From Costertonia aggregata (lineage in GTDB: Bacteria; Bacteroidota; Bacteroidia; Flavobacteriales; Flavobacteriaceae): a stretch of DNA of 64,000 bases. Of the stretch, positions 10,362 to 21,883 are shown one piece after another. The notes under the pieces were generated by a model that was not told the DNA's origin, ran no database searches, and saw only the letters and a program-made list of their open reading frames with translations. Location of the stretch: NCBI RefSeq assembly GCF_013402795.1, contig NZ_CP058595.1:2077848-2141847 (forward strand), read 5' to 3'. The translations under genes were made by a program, and so were the position numbers. Numbering within the stretch: the first letter of the stretch is position 1; each line of letters opens with the position of its first letter.

Positions 10362-11171
10362 ATGAATGGTAAAAAGATATTGTTTGTATCTTCTGAATTA
10401 GTTCCTTATCTCCCCGAAAACGAAGTTTCTTTAATGTCTTATGAAACCCCTCGAATGGTCAACAGCAACGGGGGACAAATACGTATTTTCATGCCCAGAT
10501 ATGGAAACATCAACGAAAGAAGGCATCAACTTCATGAAGTGATACGTTTGTCCGGTATGAATTTGGTCATCAACGATATGGATATGCCCTTGATAATAAA
10601 AGTGGCCTCTATTCCAAAGGAACGTATACAGGTTTATTTTATAGATAACGAAGAGTACTTTAAGCGCAAAGCGACTTTTGCCGATGAAGACGGTAACCTC
10701 TTTGCCGACAATGATGAGCGTGCCATCTTTTTTGCCAAAGGTGTTGTAGAGACCGTGAAAAAATTGAATTGGTCGCCCGATATCATTCATGTTCACGGTT
10801 GGATGGCATCTTTGCTGCCCATGTATTTAAAACAGTACTATGAAGATGAGCCCTTGTTTGCGGATAGTAAAATAGTGATGTCCGTTTATGGGAAAAGTTT
10901 TGAGGGCGAACTGGATAAAGAAATGCACAAAAAAGTAGCTTTTGATGGGATTTCCGAAGATAAAATCGAAGCACTCAAAACCCCCGACTATAATAATTTG
11001 TTAAAAATAGCCGTAGATTTTTCCGATGCGGTTATTTTAGCATCGGAAGATATTCCAGAGGATTTAAACAACCATATCGCCAACCTTCAAAAACCGGTGT
11101 TGCCATATGTTTCTTTACAAGAGTTTGAAGAAGCCTATGCCAATTTTTACAACACAGAAGTTTTAAAATAA
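10362..11171 (+). CDS. short glycosyltransferase family 5 (starch/glycogen synthase catalytic-domain-only) protein, 269 aa. It is often annotated as glycogen synthase in Bacteroidota.
   Basis: KILFVSSELVPY...GG N-terminal GT5 motif. It is divergent from panC, a conserved flavobacterial neighbourhood. Confidence 0.7.
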   Translation: MNGKKILFVSSELVPYLPENEVSLMSYETPRMVNSNGGQIRIFMPRYGNINERRHQLHEVIRLSGMNLVINDMDMPLIIKVASIPKERIQVYFIDNEEYFKRKATFADEDGNLFADNDERAIFFAKGVVETVKKLNWSPDIIHVHGWMASLLPMYLKQYYEDEPLFADSKIVMSVYGKSFEGELDKEMHKKVAFDGISEDKIEALKTPDYNNLLKIAVDFSDAVILASEDIPEDLNNHIANLQKPVLPYVSLQEFEEAYANFYNTEVLK

Positions 11172-11176
11172 CTTAC

Positions 11177-13000
11177 ATGATTTTTTTTAAGAGAACTATT
11201 TTTCCTGCAATGGTAGGATTGCTGCTGATTGTGGCATTCGTTTCTTGTGAAGAGGAAATGACCACCATAGGTGAAGGTGTTATAGCAGGCGAGCCGTTTA
11301 CTACTGATGTTGCGGTATTTGATGTGTTTGCTTTCAATAAAAATATAACTGCGGTACAGACCAACAGACTCCCCTTGTATCAGTTGGGAAAATTCAACGA
11401 TCCAGTGTATGGCAATACAACGGCCAGTATTACCAGCCAGTTACGCTTGAGTACACCCAACCCTCTTTTTGGTACCTTGAGGCAAGATGTAGAGGATAAT
11501 CCCGATACCTCAAAACCTGCTGAAATAGACGAGAATGAAACCGTAAAAGAGGTTTTTTTATATATACCCTACCAAACCAATACAGGTGATCGTGATAGGG
11601 ATGGTGTCCCAGATGCATTGGATAATGAGCCTGACAATCCCAACAATGATAGTGACGGCGATGGGGTTTCGAATATTCAAGAAGACCGTAACAATACCGA
11701 CCCTTTAAATGAAGATACTGATGGCGACGGTATATTGGATGGAGTAGATGATTCAACATTGGGCGATCGTTTTGCGGCAACCTTTGATTTGGATAGCATT
11801 TACGGAAAAGGAGTCGGCGAGGAATTTAATTTAAAGGTAGAAGAATCCACTTTTTTTTTAAGGGATTTAGATCCCAGCACAAATTTTCAGGAATCACAGG
11901 AATATTTTTCAACCCAGGAATTCTCACCCACTTTTACCGGTGAAGTTTTTTTTGACGGTGCTGTTACTATTGATGATAAAGAAATACTCTTCGTAGTTGA
12001 GGAAGACGACCCTGAAACCGATGTGGACGAAGCAGGAACGATTTCTAGCAAATTGTCCCCTGGTATACGAGTGCCTTTACCTGCTGCATTTTTTCAAGAA
12101 AATATTTTGGACAAGGAAGGTTCTGCAGAATTGTTCACCAACGCTAATTTCAGTGAATTTTTCAGGGGAATACATTTATCTGTAGATAGCGATGTACTTT
12201 TGTTATTGAACTTAACGGCTGCTAACATTACGATTACCTACGAGCACGATAGCTACGATAGTGATGAAGAAACCACTGTGAAATTGGAAAAAGAGTTTGT
12301 CATAAACTTTTTGGCCGGTGGTGGAAACCAAGCGATAACAGGCAACGCAGTCAATACACTGATAAATGAAGCCTACCCTACCGATATTCAAGAAGAACTT
12401 GATAATGAGAATAACGCTTCAAAAATATATTTAAAAGGAGGTGCCGGTTCTTTTGCGGAGATAAAATTGTTTGACGAAAACAATGAAAGAGAGACCATTG
12501 ATCAAATTAGGGCCAACAATTGGATAATCAATGAGGCCAACCTAGTATTTTATGTAGATAGGGAAACCTTGGACGATGCCGGTGGCGTTATCGAGCCATT
12601 ACGGCTTTATCTTTATAATACCGAAACCAATGCCCCGTTATATAATGCCTTCGCGGAGCCTCAGGTCACGATATCAACACCTTTGACCGTTTTTCCATTT
12701 TATGATGGTGTTTTGAACAAAAACTCGGAAGATAATGGCATTACTTATAAAATACGTATTACCGACTATGTCAACAATTTAATTTTACGAGAATCCGATA
12801 ATCCAACTTTGGGACTATCGATTACTTCGAACATCGGCATAACAAATTTGTCCAGCGCTATGATTCAGGGTGACGCAGAAGAATCGGCGGTACCTACCAT
12901 GTCGGCGATTTCCCCACTGGGTACAGTTCTTTTTGGCAGTACTCCGGAAAACGGGGAACAAAGGCTGAAACTTGAAATCTTTTACACGCAGACCGACTAA
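11177..13000 (+). CDS. DUF4270-type lipoprotein carrying thrombospondin type-3-like Ca-binding Asp-rich repeats
   Basis: Lipobox VAFVSC. Repeated DxDxDGxxDxxD motifs at 11.58-11.76 kb. The position downstream of the short GT5 gene and upstream of glmS is conserved. Confidence 0.55.
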   Translation: MIFFKRTIFPAMVGLLLIVAFVSCEEEMTTIGEGVIAGEPFTTDVAVFDVFAFNKNITAVQTNRLPLYQLGKFNDPVYGNTTASITSQLRLSTPNPLFGTLRQDVEDNPDTSKPAEIDENETVKEVFLYIPYQTNTGDRDRDGVPDALDNEPDNPNNDSDGDGVSNIQEDRNNTDPLNEDTDGDGILDGVDDSTLGDRFAATFDLDSIYGKGVGEEFNLKVEESTFFLRDLDPSTNFQESQEYFSTQEFSPTFTGEVFFDGAVTIDDKEILFVVEEDDPETDVDEAGTISSKLSPGIRVPLPAAFFQENILDKEGSAELFTNANFSEFFRGIHLSVDSDVLLLLNLTAANITITYEHDSYDSDEETTVKLEKEFVINFLAGGGNQAITGNAVNTLINEAYPTDIQEELDNENNASKIYLKGGAGSFAEIKLFDENNERETIDQIRANNWIINEANLVFYVDRETLDDAGGVIEPLRLYLYNTETNAPLYNAFAEPQVTISTPLTVFPFYDGVLNKNSEDNGITYKIRITDYVNNLILRESDNPTLGLSITSNIGITNLSSAMIQGDAEESAVPTMSAISPLGTVLFGSTPENGEQRLKLEIFYTQTD

Positions 13001-13122
13001 TTTATCCTGAATATACAAGTTGTAGGATTTTTTCGTTATATAACTGTTAATCGGATAAACTTTATATTTATCATTGTAAATTTGACCCTTTAGCAAACAA
13101 CCATCGATAAAATATACAGATT

Positions 13123-14970
13123 ATGTGTGGAATTGTAGGTTACATAGGCCATAGAGATGCCTATCCTATTATTATAAAGGGTTTACAGCGCTTGGAGTAC
13201 AGAGGTTACGATAGTGCGGGAGTTGCGCTATATGACGGTAAAAATATCAACCTATCCAAAACCAAAGGAAAAGTTGAAGACCTTAAAAAAAAGTCTGAAT
13301 CAACGATTTCTTTGGATGGTACCCTGGGAATAGGCCATACCAGATGGGCTACGCATGGTGTTCCTAATGACGTAAATTCCCATCCTCATTACTCAAATTC
13401 AGGAAACCTGGTCATCATCCATAACGGTATCATAGAAAATTATGAATCCATAAAAAAAGAGCTCATAAAGCGAGGCTATAGCTTTTCTTCGGATACCGAT
13501 ACCGAGGTATTGGTTAACCTTATCGAGGAAGTTAAAAATACCGAGGATGTGAAATTGGGAAAGGCAGTGCAAATAGCTCTAAACCAAGTGGTAGGAGCTT
13601 ATGCAATCGCCGTTTTTGATAAAAATAAGCCAGACGAAATCGTAGTGGCCAAGTTGGGTAGCCCTTTAGCGATAGGAGTTGGTGAAAATGAATTCTTTAT
13701 TGCCTCGGACGCTTCCCCCTTTATTGAGTTTACGAACAATGCGGTGTATTTGGAAGATGAGGAAATGGCCATAGTACGGTTGGGCAAAGAGATTAAACTT
13801 CGTAAGATCAAGGATGACGCCATTGCCTATCCCAATATTTTGGAGCTACAATTAAATCTTGAAGAAATAGAAAAAGGCGGGTATGAACATTTTATGCTCA
13901 AAGAAATATATGAGCAGCCCAGGGCGATCTTAGATACGTACCGGGGAAGGCTTTTAGCTGACAAAGGCCTCATTAAAATGGCGGGAATAGATCAGAACTT
14001 GGAAAAGTTCATGAACGCCAACAGAATAATTATTGTGGCCTGTGGTACATCTTGGCATGCGGGATTGGTGGCTGAATACATTTTTGAGGATTTGGCAAGG
14101 ATTCCCGTTGAGGTAGAGTATGCTTCGGAATTTAGATATAGAAATCCGGTAATAACCGATAAAGACGTGTTGATTGCCATTTCCCAATCCGGGGAAACTG
14201 CAGATACGTTGGCCGCTATCAAATTGGCCAAAGAAAACGGGGCATTTGTATTCGGGGTCTGTAATGTAGTTGGTTCTTCCATAGCTAGGGAAACCCATGC
14301 AGGGGCTTACACCCATGCCGGTCCCGAAATTGGCGTGGCTTCTACAAAAGCATTTACGACGCAGATTACCGTACTTACTTTGCTGGCTTTGAAATTGGCC
14401 AAAGAAAAAGGGCAATTTTCAGAGTCTAAATATCATGAACTTTTAACGGAGTTGGAAACTATCCCCAATAAGGTTGAAAAAGCGTTGGAGTCCAATCCCT
14501 TAATCGAAATTATCGCCGATGTGTACAAGGATTCTACAAACTGTCTGTACTTGGGCAGGGGGTATAATTTTCCAGTGGCCTTGGAAGGGGCTCTAAAGCT
14601 TAAGGAAATCAGTTACATTCATGCGGAGGGTTATCCTGCGGCTGAGATGAAGCACGGCCCTATCGCCTTGATCGATGAGCAAATGCCAGTTATCGTTATA
14701 GCTACCAAAAAGGGGCACTATGAAAAAGTCGTAAGTAATATTCAAGAGATAAAATCAAGAAAAGGGCAAATAATCGCGGTAGTTACCGAAGGGGATGAAC
14801 AGGTAAGGGAATTGGCCGATCATGTTGTAGAAGTTCCCGAGACTTTAGAAAGTTTGACTCCGTTACTGACTACGATTCCGTTACAATTGTTGTCATACCA
14901 CATAGCTGTAATGCGCGGTTGTAATGTGGACCAACCCCGTAATTTGGCCAAGTCGGTCACCGTGGAATAA
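13123..14970 (+). CDS. glmS: glutamine--fructose-6-phosphate aminotransferase (isomerising)
   Basis: N-terminal MCGIVGY Ntn Cys. Two SIS domains. The C-terminal ...SVTVE end. Confidence 0.97.
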   Translation: MCGIVGYIGHRDAYPIIIKGLQRLEYRGYDSAGVALYDGKNINLSKTKGKVEDLKKKSESTISLDGTLGIGHTRWATHGVPNDVNSHPHYSNSGNLVIIHNGIIENYESIKKELIKRGYSFSSDTDTEVLVNLIEEVKNTEDVKLGKAVQIALNQVVGAYAIAVFDKNKPDEIVVAKLGSPLAIGVGENEFFIASDASPFIEFTNNAVYLEDEEMAIVRLGKEIKLRKIKDDAIAYPNILELQLNLEEIEKGGYEHFMLKEIYEQPRAILDTYRGRLLADKGLIKMAGIDQNLEKFMNANRIIIVACGTSWHAGLVAEYIFEDLARIPVEVEYASEFRYRNPVITDKDVLIAISQSGETADTLAAIKLAKENGAFVFGVCNVVGSSIARETHAGAYTHAGPEIGVASTKAFTTQITVLTLLALKLAKEKGQFSESKYHELLTELETIPNKVEKALESNPLIEIIADVYKDSTNCLYLGRGYNFPVALEGALKLKEISYIHAEGYPAAEMKHGPIALIDEQMPVIVIATKKGHYEKVVSNIQEIKSRKGQIIAVVTEGDEQVRELADHVVEVPETLESLTPLLTTIPLQLLSYHIAVMRGCNVDQPRNLAKSVTVE

Positions 14971-14994
14971 ACTAGGTAATTCATAGTATAGCAT

Positions 14995-15028
14995 ACAAAA
15001 AACCATGAACTATGTTCATGGTTTTTTG
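14995..15028. terminator. Rho-independent terminator hairpin (AACCATGAAC-tat-GTTCATGGTT) flanked by an A-run and a T-run. Probably bidirectional.
   Basis: Perfect 10-bp stem at 15001-15023 followed by TTTTTTG. It lies 25 nt after the glmS stop. Confidence 0.65.
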
Positions 15029-15172
15029 TTTAGCTTTATGAAATAAGCATTTTCAATACTTCATTTTTATGAAAATAATACTATGCATGCATAATTTTTT
15101 TTAATTTATGATTTTTCATTCGGAAAAATAGGTATCTTGCACGTAACATAGTAACTAAATAACTCAAATAGT

Positions 15173-17959
15173 ATGCGAACAGTATTTCTTATCCCCCTGC
15201 TGTTATTGGGGACATTTGCATTTTCACAGACCAAGGTTACCGGAACCGTTCAGGACGAAAACGGTACTCCTATTCCTGGGGCCAACGTAGTCATAAAAGG
15301 AAAAGCTATTGGAACCACTGCTGATTTTGACGGTAATTTTATTCTTGAAACTGAAGAAACACCACCTTTTCAGTTAGAAATTACCAGTATTGGCTACTCC
15401 GGTGCAACCGCTGAGGTCACATCCAACAATCAAACACTCTCCATTACCTTACAGGAGGCTCAGACTTTTTTGGATGAGGTCGTAATTTCTGCCTCCAGGA
15501 CTCCCGAACGAATTTTTGAATCCCCGGTTACGGTTGAGCGTTTTGGGATTCAGGAGATAAAGAATACGGCTTCGGCAAGTTTTTATGGCGGTCTGGAAAA
15601 CCTAAAGGGTGTAGATGTAAACACGAATAGTTTAACTTTTCAATCTGTAAACACCCGCGGTTTTGCAACTTTTGCCAATACCCGTTTTATGCAATTGGTA
15701 GATGGTATGGACAACTCTACACCGGCCTTGAATTTCCCTATCGGTAACTTGGTGGGTATGATCGATACCGATGTCTTGAGTGTAGAACTATTACCAGGGG
15801 CCTCATCGGCACTTTACGGAGCGAATGCTTTTAATGGTATATTGTTTATGCGAAGCAAAAGCCCATTTGATTATCAAGGGATAAGTGTTTCGGTAAAGCA
15901 GGGCGTAACATCCCAAGAGGCAGCGGGCACCAACCCATATACCGATGTAGGAATAAGGGCTGCGCATAAATTCAGTGATAAATTCGCTGTAAAATGGAAT
16001 TTTGGATATTTGGACGGTACCGATTGGGCGGCAACCAGTGAGGTCGATAAGTTTGACCCGAACAGGACAAGAGCCGATTTGGACTATGACGGTATCAATG
16101 TATATGGTGACGAAGTTTCACAAAATTTAAAGAGTGTGGCAACCACCTTGGAAGGTCTAGGTATTTTGCCTGCCGGAGCAAACGCTTTGGTACCTTCTGT
16201 AGATGTAAGTAGAACAGGTTACAATGAAAGTGATCTTACCAATTACACCGCTCGCAGTATAAAATCTGATTGGGGTCTTTACTACAGACCCATAGAAGGT
16301 AATAATTTGGAGCTTTCATATGTTGGAAAAGTGGGTACAGGGAACACCATCTATCAAGGAACCAACAGGTACAATATTGCCAACTTCTTTCAAGAGCAAC
16401 ATAAATTGGAGATTAGGAACGATAATTTTTTCTTACGAGGTTATGTTGTAGCCGACAAAGCGGGAGATTCCTACGATATGGTATTTACCGGTATCAACAT
16501 CAACCGTGCTTGGAAAGATGATCAAACGTGGTTTGGAGAATATGCGGGAACCTATGTGCAGGCTACCTTGGGTGGCGCTACTGATGCACAAGCCCATGCA
16601 GCCGCTAGGGCGCAAGCCGAATCTGGCCGATTTTTACCGGGTACACCAGAATTTCAAAATGCATTTGACAGGGTAATACGAAATCCTGATTTGTCAGAAG
16701 GGTCACAATTTAGGGATGCATCAAAATATTACCATGCCGATGCCAACTACAATTTTGGTCACTTACTCGATTGGGCGGAAATTCAAGTCGGAGGATCGTT
16801 TAGGCAGTATAGTTTAAATTCCTTTGGTACAATTTACACGGATTCCGATGGTCCAATTGATTACAATGAATTTGGTATTTATTCCCAGATTCAGAAAAAT
16901 ATAAATTTAGCTGGCGAGAAAAGTTTAAAGTTGACCGGTTCGGTGCGCTATGATAAATCTGAATTTTTTGACGGTTTCTTCTCGCCAAGGTTGTCCGCTG
17001 GTTTGACTTTGAATAGAGACCACAATATTAGGGCTTCGGTTCAAACAGGTTTTAGAAACCCGACTACGCAAGATCTGTTCATTGGTTTGGATGCAGGAAG
17101 GGCCATATTGGTAGGTTCGGCTCCCGATAATCTAGATAGATATACAAGAACCTTTAACGATGTGAGTGGAGCTGGACAGTTACTGGGACAGCCTGCAAGT
17201 ATTACTCAAACTGCTGCCAACGCTTACAATAATTCATACACGCTCAATTCGGTCGAAAGATTGGGAGAGACGGGTAATCCCGCCGATTTGGAAATTGCAA
17301 ATCCTGATATTGTAAAACCTGAACAAGTCACTTCATTTGAGGTGGGTTATCGTGGAAAGGTAAACAAACTGGTTATAGATTTTAGTACATACTATAACCA
17401 ATATAAAGACTTTATCTCTCAAGAGGTAGTCGTAGCTCCATACTATGGTACGGTAGGTGATGGGTCGCTTTCAGTAGCTTCAATAGCCAATGGGGATTTC
17501 CAAGCCTACGGTACATACACCAACTCGGATGCAGACATTAGTTCCTATGGTGCATCTTTAGGACTAACGGCCAAAGTATTTGGTAACTTTGACTTGGGAG
17601 GTAGTTATACTTATACTAGGGTGGAATTTGATAGAGAGGCCAATCCCGACTTTTTGTTGAGTTTCAACACACCTGAACACAAATTCAAGGCATCTTTTGG
17701 AAATGAAGCCCTGTTCAAAAATTTTGGATTCAACGTAAATTACCGTTTTAGTGATGACTTTTTCTGGGAAGCTACTTTTGGTAATGGTGTAGTGCCGGAA
17801 TTTCATGTTGTTGATGCACAAATCAACTATTCCATACCCAGCATAAAATCCACATTCAAGGTTGGGGGCACCAATCTTTTGGGAGATGAGTACTTTACAG
17901 GTTTTGGTACGGGCTTTATAGGCTCTATGTATTATCTCTCATGGACTATCAATAACTAA
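15173..17959 (+). CDS. TonB-dependent receptor with an N-terminal carboxypeptidase-regulatory-like (CarbD) domain, 928 aa
   Basis: Signal peptide. TGTVQDENGTPIPGANVVIKG CarbD-like motif. Plug and barrel regions. No SusD-like neighbour. Confidence 0.85.
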   Translation: MRTVFLIPLLLLGTFAFSQTKVTGTVQDENGTPIPGANVVIKGKAIGTTADFDGNFILETEETPPFQLEITSIGYSGATAEVTSNNQTLSITLQEAQTFLDEVVISASRTPERIFESPVTVERFGIQEIKNTASASFYGGLENLKGVDVNTNSLTFQSVNTRGFATFANTRFMQLVDGMDNSTPALNFPIGNLVGMIDTDVLSVELLPGASSALYGANAFNGILFMRSKSPFDYQGISVSVKQGVTSQEAAGTNPYTDVGIRAAHKFSDKFAVKWNFGYLDGTDWAATSEVDKFDPNRTRADLDYDGINVYGDEVSQNLKSVATTLEGLGILPAGANALVPSVDVSRTGYNESDLTNYTARSIKSDWGLYYRPIEGNNLELSYVGKVGTGNTIYQGTNRYNIANFFQEQHKLEIRNDNFFLRGYVVADKAGDSYDMVFTGININRAWKDDQTWFGEYAGTYVQATLGGATDAQAHAAARAQAESGRFLPGTPEFQNAFDRVIRNPDLSEGSQFRDASKYYHADANYNFGHLLDWAEIQVGGSFRQYSLNSFGTIYTDSDGPIDYNEFGIYSQIQKNINLAGEKSLKLTGSVRYDKSEFFDGFFSPRLSAGLTLNRDHNIRASVQTGFRNPTTQDLFIGLDAGRAILVGSAPDNLDRYTRTFNDVSGAGQLLGQPASITQTAANAYNNSYTLNSVERLGETGNPADLEIANPDIVKPEQVTSFEVGYRGKVNKLVIDFSTYYNQYKDFISQEVVVAPYYGTVGDGSLSVASIANGDFQAYGTYTNSDADISSYGASLGLTAKVFGNFDLGGSYTYTRVEFDREANPDFLLSFNTPEHKFKASFGNEALFKNFGFNVNYRFSDDFFWEATFGNGVVPEFHVVDAQINYSIPSIKSTFKVGGTNLLGDEYFTGFGTGFIGSMYYLSWTINN

Positions 17960-17982
17960 TTGAAAATAAAATTTGAATAGAA

Positions 17983-19566
17983 ATGAAAAACTACAAATAT
18001 ATATTCCTAGCATCATTACTGATCGCTTTTACTGCGTGTAATGATATCGAAGATGTTTTGCCGTTCCCAGCTGAAGTGCCGGAAGATTTGCCAACGCTTA
18101 CGGCTGGTTCAGCGGATTTTTCCAATTATGTTTCTCTCGGAGCGTCTTTCACTGCCGGTTTTAGTGATGGGGCGTTATTTAGAGCTTCACAGGAGAACTC
18201 TTTTCCAAAATTGTTGTCTGATCAATTTGCTCTGGCCGGTGGCGGAAGTTTCACCCAACCGTTGATGGAGGACAATACCGGAGCATTTCTTGGTGTACCG
18301 ACAAGTCAAATAGGGTATAGGTTGATTTTCAACGGTTCGGGCCCTCAACGTTTAAACGAGTTTTTCGCAGCTCAAGGAGCTCCAGCACCAAATCCTACCA
18401 CCAATCCTACTACCAATTTGGGAAGTACATTCAACAATACTGGCGTTCCTGGAGCCAAAAGCTATCATCTTACTTTTCCCGGTTACGCTGCTGCTAACCC
18501 ATACTATGCACGTTTTGCTACTTCATTAACTGCGACTATGCTTGGCGATGCCGCTGCTCAAAACCCATCTTTTTTTACACTTTCTGAAATAGGGGGCAAT
18601 GATGTTTTGAGTTATGCCACATCGGGAGGTGTAGGGGTAGATCGTACGGGAAACCCTGATGCGACTCAGTATAGTCAATTGGATATTACAGATCCAGGAT
18701 TGTTCGGACAGGTTTTTCAAGGGGTTATCTCTCAATTGACAGCTAACGGTGCCAATGGGGCTGTAGCGAATTTACCTAACATTACTGATTTACCTTTTTT
18801 TACTACGGTACCGAACAACGCATTGGTCATCGATGCAGCGACGGCAGCCAATTTAACCGGTTTTTTTCAAGCGGTTACGGGTATCTTCACCCAAAGCCTT
18901 ATACAGCAAGGCGTTCCACCCGCCAATGCGCAGGCTTTAGCTTCACAATACGCTATTACCTTTGAGGAAGGTGCTAATCGGTTTCTTATAGATGTACCGG
19001 TTTCAGAAACCAATCCTCTTGGTTTTCGGCAAATGACCGAAGACGAACTTCTACTTTTGACTATTGATAGGACGGCATTGGCACAAGGTTACGGGTCTGT
19101 CGTTTTAACTCCTGACGTACTTCAAGTACTAGGGCTTTTACGTGCAGGTGGAACTCCGTCGCCAGAACAAGCGGGCCTTGTCTTAGCGGCAATCAGCGGT
19201 ATTGATGATAAAGATGCTTTGGATAGCGATGAACTTTTAAGTATAAAAAATGCTACCGACGCCTATAATACGACCATAGAGTCAGTTGCTAATTCTGCAG
19301 GATTGGCTTTTGTAGATTTGAAATCAGTTTTAGAACAAGCCAAAACTTCCGGTATTACCACGGGTGATTATACGTTAACGGCCAACTTGGTAACGGGAGG
19401 TTTGGTAAGCTTGGATGGTATTCACTTAACATCAAGGGGTTACGCTGTAATGGCTAACGAATTTTTAAAAGCTATTGATGCCACCTATGGTTCTAATTTT
19501 GAAGCATCCGGTAATTTGTTGGATGTAGGGGACTACCCGACCAATTATTCTCCAACGCTTCAATAA
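17983..19566 (+). CDS. SGNH/GDSL-hydrolase-family lipoprotein
   Basis: Lipobox AFTAC. Block I GASFTAG (GxSxT). Block III IGGNDV (GxND). Block V DGIHLT (DxxH). It lies directly downstream of the TBDR. Confidence 0.55.
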   Translation: MKNYKYIFLASLLIAFTACNDIEDVLPFPAEVPEDLPTLTAGSADFSNYVSLGASFTAGFSDGALFRASQENSFPKLLSDQFALAGGGSFTQPLMEDNTGAFLGVPTSQIGYRLIFNGSGPQRLNEFFAAQGAPAPNPTTNPTTNLGSTFNNTGVPGAKSYHLTFPGYAAANPYYARFATSLTATMLGDAAAQNPSFFTLSEIGGNDVLSYATSGGVGVDRTGNPDATQYSQLDITDPGLFGQVFQGVISQLTANGANGAVANLPNITDLPFFTTVPNNALVIDAATAANLTGFFQAVTGIFTQSLIQQGVPPANAQALASQYAITFEEGANRFLIDVPVSETNPLGFRQMTEDELLLLTIDRTALAQGYGSVVLTPDVLQVLGLLRAGGTPSPEQAGLVLAAISGIDDKDALDSDELLSIKNATDAYNTTIESVANSAGLAFVDLKSVLEQAKTSGITTGDYTLTANLVTGGLVSLDGIHLTSRGYAVMANEFLKAIDATYGSNFEASGNLLDVGDYPTNYSPTLQ

Positions 19567-19597
19567 GCAACTGAATATCAATTTATACCATAATACA

Positions 19598-19628
19598 GGA
19601 AGGTGCTTTTTGAGCACCTTTTTTGTTT
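19598..19628 (+). terminator. Rho-independent terminator (AAGGTGCT-ttttg-AGCACCTT then TTTTGTTTG)
   Basis: 8-bp perfect stem at 19600-19620 followed by a T-run. It lies 32 nt after the stop of the SGNH lipoprotein gene. Confidence 0.55.
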
Positions 19629-19744
19629 GTCAAAAAAGAGAAAAAACAGTTTTGGTTTAAAATGTAATAGCATATCTTTGCAGCCGGAAAAAAGGGCAAG
19701 TATTCTTGGCTTAATTCTTTTAAAAAAACAATACGCTTTCATAA

Positions 19745-21268
<1,524 letters not shown>

Positions 21269-21342
21269 TCAAATTACGAGTTTAGAGTGTAGCGCTCAGA
21301 GTTGCCCATCACTCATAACTCCTAAATCTGAACTTAAAAAAC

Positions 21343-21621
21343 ATGTATTTAGAAATCGTATCTCCTGAAGCAACTTTGTTTGCTGGTGAAGTTACCTCGG
21401 TAACGGTACCGGGAATAAATGGTGAGTTTCAAATGTTGAACGACCACGCACCTATTATTTCCCTATTGCAGGAAGGCACCGTAAAAGTAGAGGGCGCTAT
21501 AAACATAGATGAAGCTCATGAAAACAAATTTTCAAAAGACGCTTCTGGGAAAACCATACTTTCTATTTCAAGCGGCACTATTGAAATGAAGGATAATAAA
21601 GTGATTGTTTTGGCGGATTGA
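21343..21621 (+). CDS. atpC: F0F1 ATP synthase subunit epsilon
   Basis: Epsilon-like beta-sandwich N-terminus LEIVSPEATLFAGEV. It lies directly downstream of atpD. Confidence 0.85.
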   Translation: MYLEIVSPEATLFAGEVTSVTVPGINGEFQMLNDHAPIISLLQEGTVKVEGAINIDEAHENKFSKDASGKTILSISSGTIEMKDNKVIVLAD

Positions 21622-21636
21622 TATCTAATCCCGTAA

Positions 21637-21672
21637 AAAATATAAATGGTTGCTTGGCATATGTCTAAGCAG
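21637..21672. terminator. imperfect hairpin between the convergent atpC and HTH genes; a possible bidirectional terminator
   Basis: AAATGGTTGCTTGG...CTAAGCAGCCATTT has two mismatches. It is flanked by an A-run and a T-run. Confidence 0.35.
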
Positions 21673-21682
21673 CCATTTTTTA

Positions 21683-21883
21683 TTAGCGATACTCCAATAT
21701 ATCTCCTGGCTGGCAATCCAATGCCTTACAAATAGCTTCCAAAGTAGAAAAACGAACCGCTTTTGCCTTGCCCGATTTTAAAATGGAAAGGTTGGCTTCT
21801 GTTATCCCAATAACTTCGGCCAATTCTTTACTCTTCATTTTACGTTTGGCGAGCATTACATCCAAGTTTACGACTATACCCAT
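21683..21883 (-). CDS. small XRE/Cro-C1-type helix-turn-helix transcriptional regulator, 66 aa
   Basis: LAKRKMKSKELAEVIGITEANLSILKSGKAKAVRFSTLEAICKALDCQPGDILEY is a classic HTH_XRE domain of the small type that pairs with DUF2975 membrane proteins. Confidence 0.85.
   Translation of the reverse strand: MGIVVNLDVMLAKRKMKSKELAEVIGITEANLSILKSGKAKAVRFSTLEAICKALDCQPGDILEYR

Noticed and set aside
13001-13122. Possible glmS ribozyme upstream of glmS
   Set aside because: The glmS ribozyme is a Firmicutes feature. The 120-nt spacer shows none of the conserved core, and the lineage makes it unexpected.
21637-21672. An AAGCAGCC string reminiscent of the SRP (4.5S) RNA conserved motif
   Set aside because: Only about 60 nt lie between atpC and the HTH gene. 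The surrounding sequence forms a simple imperfect terminator hairpin, and the SRP domain IV context (GGAAG...GCAGCC with flanking helices) is absent.
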